From positions 1 through 34,827 of the forward strand of contig CAVVXT010000011.1 of the NCBI GenBank assembly GCA_963752255.1: 34,827 nt of DNA, in the 5' to 3' direction. Of the stretch, positions 30,106-34,827 are shown one piece after another; the first letter of the stretch is position 1, and each line of letters starts with the position of its first letter. The notes below the pieces were generated by a model, which saw only the letters and a list, made by a program, of their open reading frames with translations, did no database searches and was not told where the DNA came from. Source of the DNA: Nitrososphaeria archaeon. GTDB lineage: Archaea; Thermoproteota; Nitrososphaeria; JACIWG01. The translations under genes and the position numbers were made by a program.

Positions 30106-31318
30106 TATGTAATATTTTGTCCCAGATGTTATTTGGAGGGGTGTTACCGCACGTTCTCCCGAGGGAAGGCCAAATCCGAGTGTTATCCCACCGCTGTAGG
30201 ACAGTTTCACATTTGATGATACAGGAAGATTGTAGCCCAAACCTCCAAAGACTGTTTTAGCGTCAACTTCAATTTTACGCGGTCCCTGAACTAACTGTAT
30301 TGGTGTCAGCGTACCGTTCTTTTGTATTATAAAGACTGCTGTTCCAGCTAAGGAGGACATTAGGTTTCCTTGTGATATTGCTTCAGGTTGTGATACGATC
30401 ACTTAGTTGCAAAGTCAGGTTTTCAAAGCCTGTGTTGTTTACAACAACGCTAATAGAATTCTGTGAAAGGGATGCCGATTTTATTTGGATCTGTCTGGGG
30501 ATTTTTTCCATGAGTCTATTCCACCATTCAACATTGGCCAGATTTATCCTGCGACCAACTGGAGGTACCCTGTAAGCTGTTGGGGGTACCGTATAAGCTG
30601 TTGCAACCGCGCTTATGATGAATTCTGGAGTTGATTTGCTGCCTATGTTGATGACGGTCGGTTGCAGATCTACCAAGGTGACGGCGGTTTTTGAACTATT
30701 TACCTCTATCCCACCAACTATAGGAACAGTTAACATAGCTGTTCTGACAAATGCGGTGTAGTTCTTGCCGTTGTAGGTCGCTAGAGCTGAAGTAATATTG
30801 AATCTTACGGCATTATATATACCAGTTTCTATCGTGGCATTTGAGATGGTCTGAGCTACGTTCGTAAGACTAGTAAGGTTTATGGTCCCCTGTGATGGGA
30901 CTTCCAACCACCCCCTAGTCCCGTTTGCTTGTGCTACATGCACCATTATGTCACTATAGCTGACATAAACCCCTGTCACCCCTATTGGTACGCGAGGGGG
31001 GTCAGTGAGCTGTATCGACAATATGCCTTCTCCTTGTGGAATAGGAGTTGTTGAAGTGGCTGTAGTCGTAGAGGTTATTGTTGAAGTTGTTGTAGCAGAA
31101 GAGGTCGTAGAAGGTGTAGTTGATGATGTCGTATAGGTCGAAGAGGCCGGAGATGAAGTTGTAGATGGTGAAGTTCCGGTTGTAACCGTCAACGTCGTTG
31201 TGCTGACTGTGTTAGAGGGAATTGATCCAAATCCCCCGAATGATAATATTGAAATTATAAAAATCGATACGATGAATGTTACAACGCCTGTCGTTATTAC
31301 GTTCCTTTTTGTGCTCAT
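30055..31318 (-). CDS. DUF4382-domain surface protein with TM anchor and Ser/Thr linker; frameshift at ~30403
   Basis: GILSIQLTDPP...VYVSYSDIMVH...INLTSL...GIYNAVRFNITSA. An extra A in CTAAGTG splits ...LQL|VIVSQPE... into two ORFs. Confidence 0.75.
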
Positions 31319-31449
31319 GCGTTCATCTTAGGGGTATGGATGATATAATAGAACACTTTTAAACGATGCTCTAGAAGCTAAAATAATCATGTTCAATTTC
31401 CTTAAACGGGCAGGAAAAGGTAATAAATGCATGTCGGGCAGGCGTATTA

Positions 31450-31887
31450 ATGAACCCAAAGCAGGCGGAAGTGCAGTTAAAGGGTAATACGCTTAGGGTT
31501 TACGTTTACGTTCTGAAGAAAGGAAAGGTTGGTGTAAGAGAGGTTCAGCACGCATTACATTTTTCGAACCCTTCCCTTGCACAATATCACCTGAACAAGT
31601 TGAATGAGATGGGGTTGGTCAGAGAAAACGGCGGCTCATACGAAATCGCGAATGAGGTTAAGGTCGACGTCATGAGAGACTTCCTGAGGTTGGGAACGCT
31701 GCTAGTGCCTAGGCTTGTCATGTATGCCGTCTTCTTCACAGTCTTTACCATCTACCTCACTATCGTATCCCTCCCAGATCGCTTCGGCGAGCCGTTGGTC
31801 ACGGCGCTCTTGATACTCTTATATTTGGCATCATCCATCTATTGGTACGAGGCCTTGAGGTCTTGGAGGTCTGCGCCTTCAACCTAA
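31450..31887 (+). CDS. Winged-HTH transcriptional regulator with two C-terminal TM helices
   Basis: LKGNTLRVYVYVLKKGKVGVREVQHALHFSNPSLAQYHLNKLNEMGLV; hydrophobic C-terminus; divergent from the DUF4382 gene. Confidence 0.8.
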   Translation: MNPKQAEVQLKGNTLRVYVYVLKKGKVGVREVQHALHFSNPSLAQYHLNKLNEMGLVRENGGSYEIANEVKVDVMRDFLRLGTLLVPRLVMYAVFFTVFTIYLTIVSLPDRFGEPLVTALLILLYLASSIYWYEALRSWRSAPST

Positions 31888-32293
31888 CTCATTTTTCAAC
31901 TTACAGACTTCGTTCAAAGATTTTTATAACTTTTTTCCTTCCTTTACCTGAGGGCTACGAATCCAATAGATCAATAACATTTAGAGTAAAATCGAAGTGT
32001 ACCCTACAGCTGCCCAGATCTTTGGCAATAACTTGAAACTCTGCTTCCTCTTCTTCATTCTAGTTCTAGCTTGGACTTGAAATTTTAGGTTTAGATTTTT
32101 TCCCGTATTCTTACCTGACCACAACAAGGATCAAATGAACCTTTTAGTATGCCTCTTTGTTGCAATATTTGCATATTAAAGATCACCTAGTCAACCCTAC
32201 GATAAAGTTCCCTTCCTTTTTCTCCCTGGTCTATTAGCAGCATAGGAATTTATCTGATTGACATTTGACTTATCAATCCATTTATTACAAACA

Positions 32294-33422
32294 CTACATC
32301 TGATTTTGTTTACCCTGGGAGACTTTACTTTTACGTAATAGGGTGACTGCCAAAAGCGCTACGATTGCCAGTAAAGGTATCCAAAGCAACTGTAGAAACA
32401 GATCCGTGACTGCAGGAGCAGAAGTGGTGACAGTTATAGTCTCGGTTGTTGGCGGTTGAGTAATGGTTTTGAAAATAGTAGATGTTTGTGTAATCGGTGT
32501 AATAGTGTTAGTAACACTCGTAGTTACAGTAATAGTGTTTGTGTGAGTCCCAATAGCATAAGTATTGTTGTCGCATGAGCCGACGTAAACGATGCCCCCA
32601 ACAACAGCAGGAGAAGATTCCACATAGCTTCCAGTAGTAAAGCTCCAGATTTTGGCACCACTAGAAGCCTTCAAAGCGTAAACATTGTAGTCGTTTGAGC
32701 CGACGTAAACGACGCCCCCGGCAACAGCAGGAGAAGAAGTCACAGCGCCTCCAGTGATGAAGCGCCAGATTTCAGCACCACTAGAAGCATTCAAAGCGTA
32801 AGTATTTTTGTCCCATGAGCCGACGTAAACGACGCCCCCGGCAACAGCAGGAGAAGAAACCACAGCGCTTGCAGTAGGGTAGCTCCATATTTCAGCACCA
32901 GTAATAGCGTTCAAAGCGTAAACATTGCCGTCATTTGAGCCGACGTAAACGACGCCCCCAACAACAGCAGGAGAAGAATACACAATGCTTCCAGTATGGA
33001 AGCTCCAGATCGGAGCACCAGTAATAGCGTTCAAAGCGTAAGTACCGTTATCATATGAGCCGACATAAACGACACCTCCGGCAACAGCAGGAGAAGAAGC
33101 CACAGCGCCTCCAGTAGAGTAGCTCCATATTTCAGCACCAGTAGCAGCATTCAAAGCGTAAGTACTGTTGTCCCATGAGCCGACATAAACGACATCCCCA
33201 ACAACAGCAGGAGAAGAAGTCACAGCGCCTCCAGTAGGGAAGCCCCAGATTGGAGTACCACTAGAAGCGTTCAAAGCGAAAACATAGTCATCAGCTGAGC
33301 CGACATAAACGACACCTCCGGCAACAGCAGGAGAAGATTCCACCTGGTCTCCAGTAGTGAAGTTCCAAAGTTGAACACCACTATAAGCATTCAAAGCGTA
33401 AACATTGCCGTCAAATGAGCCG
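32294..33422 (-). CDS. PQQ/BamB-type beta-propeller surface protein with Thr-rich stalk and C-terminal TM anchor; 5' end lost at the composition break
   Basis: Seven 40-aa blades GSxDxxxYALNAxxGxxIWxxxTGxxVxSSPAVxGGVVYV plus a partial eighth, TNTITVTT linker, LLWIPLLAIVALLAVTLLRK. Confidence 0.85.
32556..33422. repeat. Intragenic 120-bp tandem repeat (7 units plus a partial unit)
   Basis: Units start at 32581, 32701, 32821, 32941, 33061, 33181 and 33301; CAACAGCAGGAGAAGA and TCAAAGCG are identical in all seven. Confidence 0.95.
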
Positions 33423-34056
33423 GACAGACGGTACGTGGGGATGACGTTCCCGGGAAACTGCGCCCGCAGGTATTGAAGATTGCTGGTTGAGACCGCTTGC
33501 GTGGGATCATAAGCAGGATTGGGAGCGGTCTGCGCCGGATCGTAAATGGGCAGGAGATTCCCGGCGGAATCCACCGTTTGCGAAAAGTCACCCACCCGTT
33601 GCTGCGCGGTGGGAACGGTCAGCAGCGTGGCACGAAAAATCCGCTCGCGCACACCTTCATACGACAGCATGAAAAAAGTGTTGTTGGGATTGGTGATGAG
33701 ATGGGGGAAAAGCAGGGGGCCGGAAATGTTAAATCCGAATTGATTGCGGCGAAGCGGGGATATGCTTTCCCCGTTCTGTTTCACTTCGTGGGGAATCGCA
33801 TCCAGAACGTCATTGCGGAAGTTTTCGTAAATCCGCCCGTGCCATCGCATTTTGGGGCCGTGGTGCTCCTGTGCGTTCGGCGGGCTCTCCGGGCGCATCC
33901 CCAGATCCCGTGTGAGGACCTTGAATTCGTCGGCTGCCTGGGAAAGAGGGCTGGGCTGCTTGGAAGAGGCCGTGCCCCCCTCCAGGGCGCACACTTCCGC
34001 ACCCACCGCCAACAGGCGAGAGTGACCCGCAAGACGACGCTAACCCAAGTCTTCAT
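33423..34056 (-). CDS. 5' fragment of an Acidobacteria-type TonB-dependent/Oar-like outer-membrane receptor; frameshift at ~34016; truncated at the junction
   Basis: GC-rich. Signal peptide MKTWVSVVLRVTLA|LLAVGAEVCA; YENFRNDVLDA, LRRNQFGFNISGP, TFFMLSYEGVRE, LTVPTAQQRVGDFSQ, IYDP, FPGNVIP. Confidence 0.8.
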
Positions 34057-34076
34057 CGAACATTCCATAAAATTTC

Positions 34077-34105
34077 ACTATATACTTCACCCAAAACTGC
34101 CGCAA
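34077..34105 (-). promoter_or_regulatory. Bacterial sigma70-type promoter
   Basis: Minus strand TTGCGG-N17-TATAGT just upstream of the receptor start codons (34068/34056). Confidence 0.55.
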
Positions 34106-34415
34106 CCCCGAGTACGCCGTTGCCATGGCGCCGGCCTTGCTTTTGGCGTCATGATCCGTTCACCCGTTCGTAACGATTGCAGGGCGCCTGGATCGGCTGA
34201 CTCCGGTGCGCCGGGAAGACATTCCCCCTCCCGGGCAGGGGCCGGGCGCGGGAAGTACTACGGGTTGGATGCTCTGCCGTGCCTTTCCGGTGGCATCGGC
34301 AACCCACCCTTTCATATTCTTCGGCAGTATTCTCCAGGACTCAAACCCGGTTGGGCTGTGGGCTTCCCTCGCGGCTTGCAGGCGTAAGCGCGCTGGCGTC
34401 ATGATGAAGAACCCC

Positions 34416-34689
34416 ATGGAGCACGACCAAGAACCCATTCGCCTTCCTATACCGACGTCTTCGACTTGCACAGCGTCCAACCCAAGGAGGTCGCCGCCGT
34501 GCTCGAAGCCTATCTCGAGGAAGCCGACCGATTGGGGTTTAAGGTCTTGCGTATCATCCACGGACGCGGCATCGGCGTCAGCGGCGGACGGTGCCCGCGG
34601 TCCTGGCCCGAACGACGTTCGTGGTCGGCCTCAATGACGCCCCACCCGAGTTGGGAGGATGGGGCGCCACCGTGGTCAGGTTGCGGTAA
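34416..34689 (+). CDS. Smr/MutS2 C-terminal-domain protein (bacterial), several frameshifts
   Basis: Stitched: MEHDQEPIRLPI / DVFDLHSVQPKEVAAVLEAYLEEADRLGFKVLRIIHGRGIGV / ... / LGGWGATVVRLR*. DLH, IIHGRG and GGWGAT are Smr hallmarks. Confidence 0.85.
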
Positions 34690-34827
34690 CCGGATGGCCA
34701 ATTCCCCCCCAGGGGCTGGTGGCCGGCTCCTGCGGGAAAAGACCTCCTCTCTGGGTCAAATGATACGCGGCACACGCGGACTCGGGCTTTCGACTCCTAA
34801 CGGTTCATTCCCGCGAAGATGGTCTTC

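Noticed and set aside
29836-30216. Plus-strand ORF with (LACWYHDGRSYSFGYYC)5 as a multi-core RiPP precursor
   Set aside because: It is the antisense shadow of the DUF4382 3' end, whose minus-strand reading is conserved in the paralogous fragment. No leader peptide or modifying enzymes nearby.
29546-30300. Diversity-generating retroelement TR/VR pair
   Set aside because: Differences are not adenine-specific, include many synonymous changes and an indel, and no reverse transcriptase is present.
31915-32060. Possible acyl-CoA ligase C-terminal remnant on the minus strand (VIDLLDS*PSGKGRKKVI)
   Set aside because: Too short and degenerate to support without a search.
1-33422. Genome-wide TAG recoding
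   Set aside because: TAG ends about ten genes at their expected C-termini (for example wor5L, the GT2, the deacetylase, the 12201 GT4, the propeller).
32294-34012. 572-aa ORF as one genuine novel protein
   Set aside because: It spans the composition break; both halves are truncated pieces of unrelated archaeal and bacterial genes.
34144-34405. 12-bp direct repeat TGGCGTCATGAT (34144, 34394) flanking a hairpin-rich segment, possible MITE or ncRNA
   Set aside because: No terminal inverted repeats or recognisable RNA family; hairpins are common by chance at this GC and sequence quality is poor here.
33487-34775. Overlapping ORFs in the GC-rich tail (33497-34387, 34160-34561, 34206-34637 and others)
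   Set aside because: Shadow frames expected in high-GC DNA; the receptor and Smr frames explain the region.

Overview
Positions 1 to ~33,422 are AT-rich archaeal DNA with TATA-box promoters. The gene content most resembles a TACK archaeon such as Bathyarchaeia (inference from protein families). Most of this part is a cell-envelope locus. It has a surface-glycosylation cluster (three GT4, one GT2, three GT-C-like polytopic membrane proteins, SAM methyltransferases, a polysaccharide deacetylase), an 873-aa S-layer-like protein, a secreted putative G1-like protease carrying the same S-layer-type module, several Ser/Thr-rich membrane-anchored surface proteins and a PQQ-type beta-propeller. It also holds a WOR5-type tungsten oxidoreductase pair and two small regulators. 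Features the ORF track misses include HNH-endonuclease and methyltransferase pseudogenes, two start-less 3' paralogue remnants, a perfect 5 x 51-bp tandem amplification of a gene end including its stop codon, and a run of in-frame TAG codons linking the protease gene to a carbohydrate-binding-like domain. At ~33,423 the sequence switches abruptly to GC-rich bacterial DNA (Acidobacteria-style TonB-dependent receptor fragment, sigma70 promoter, Smr protein), most likely an assembly chimera. Many genes are split by single-base indels typical of long-read error. I saw no tRNA, rRNA, CRISPR array, transposase or integrase. All family calls come from motif recognition; no searches were run.
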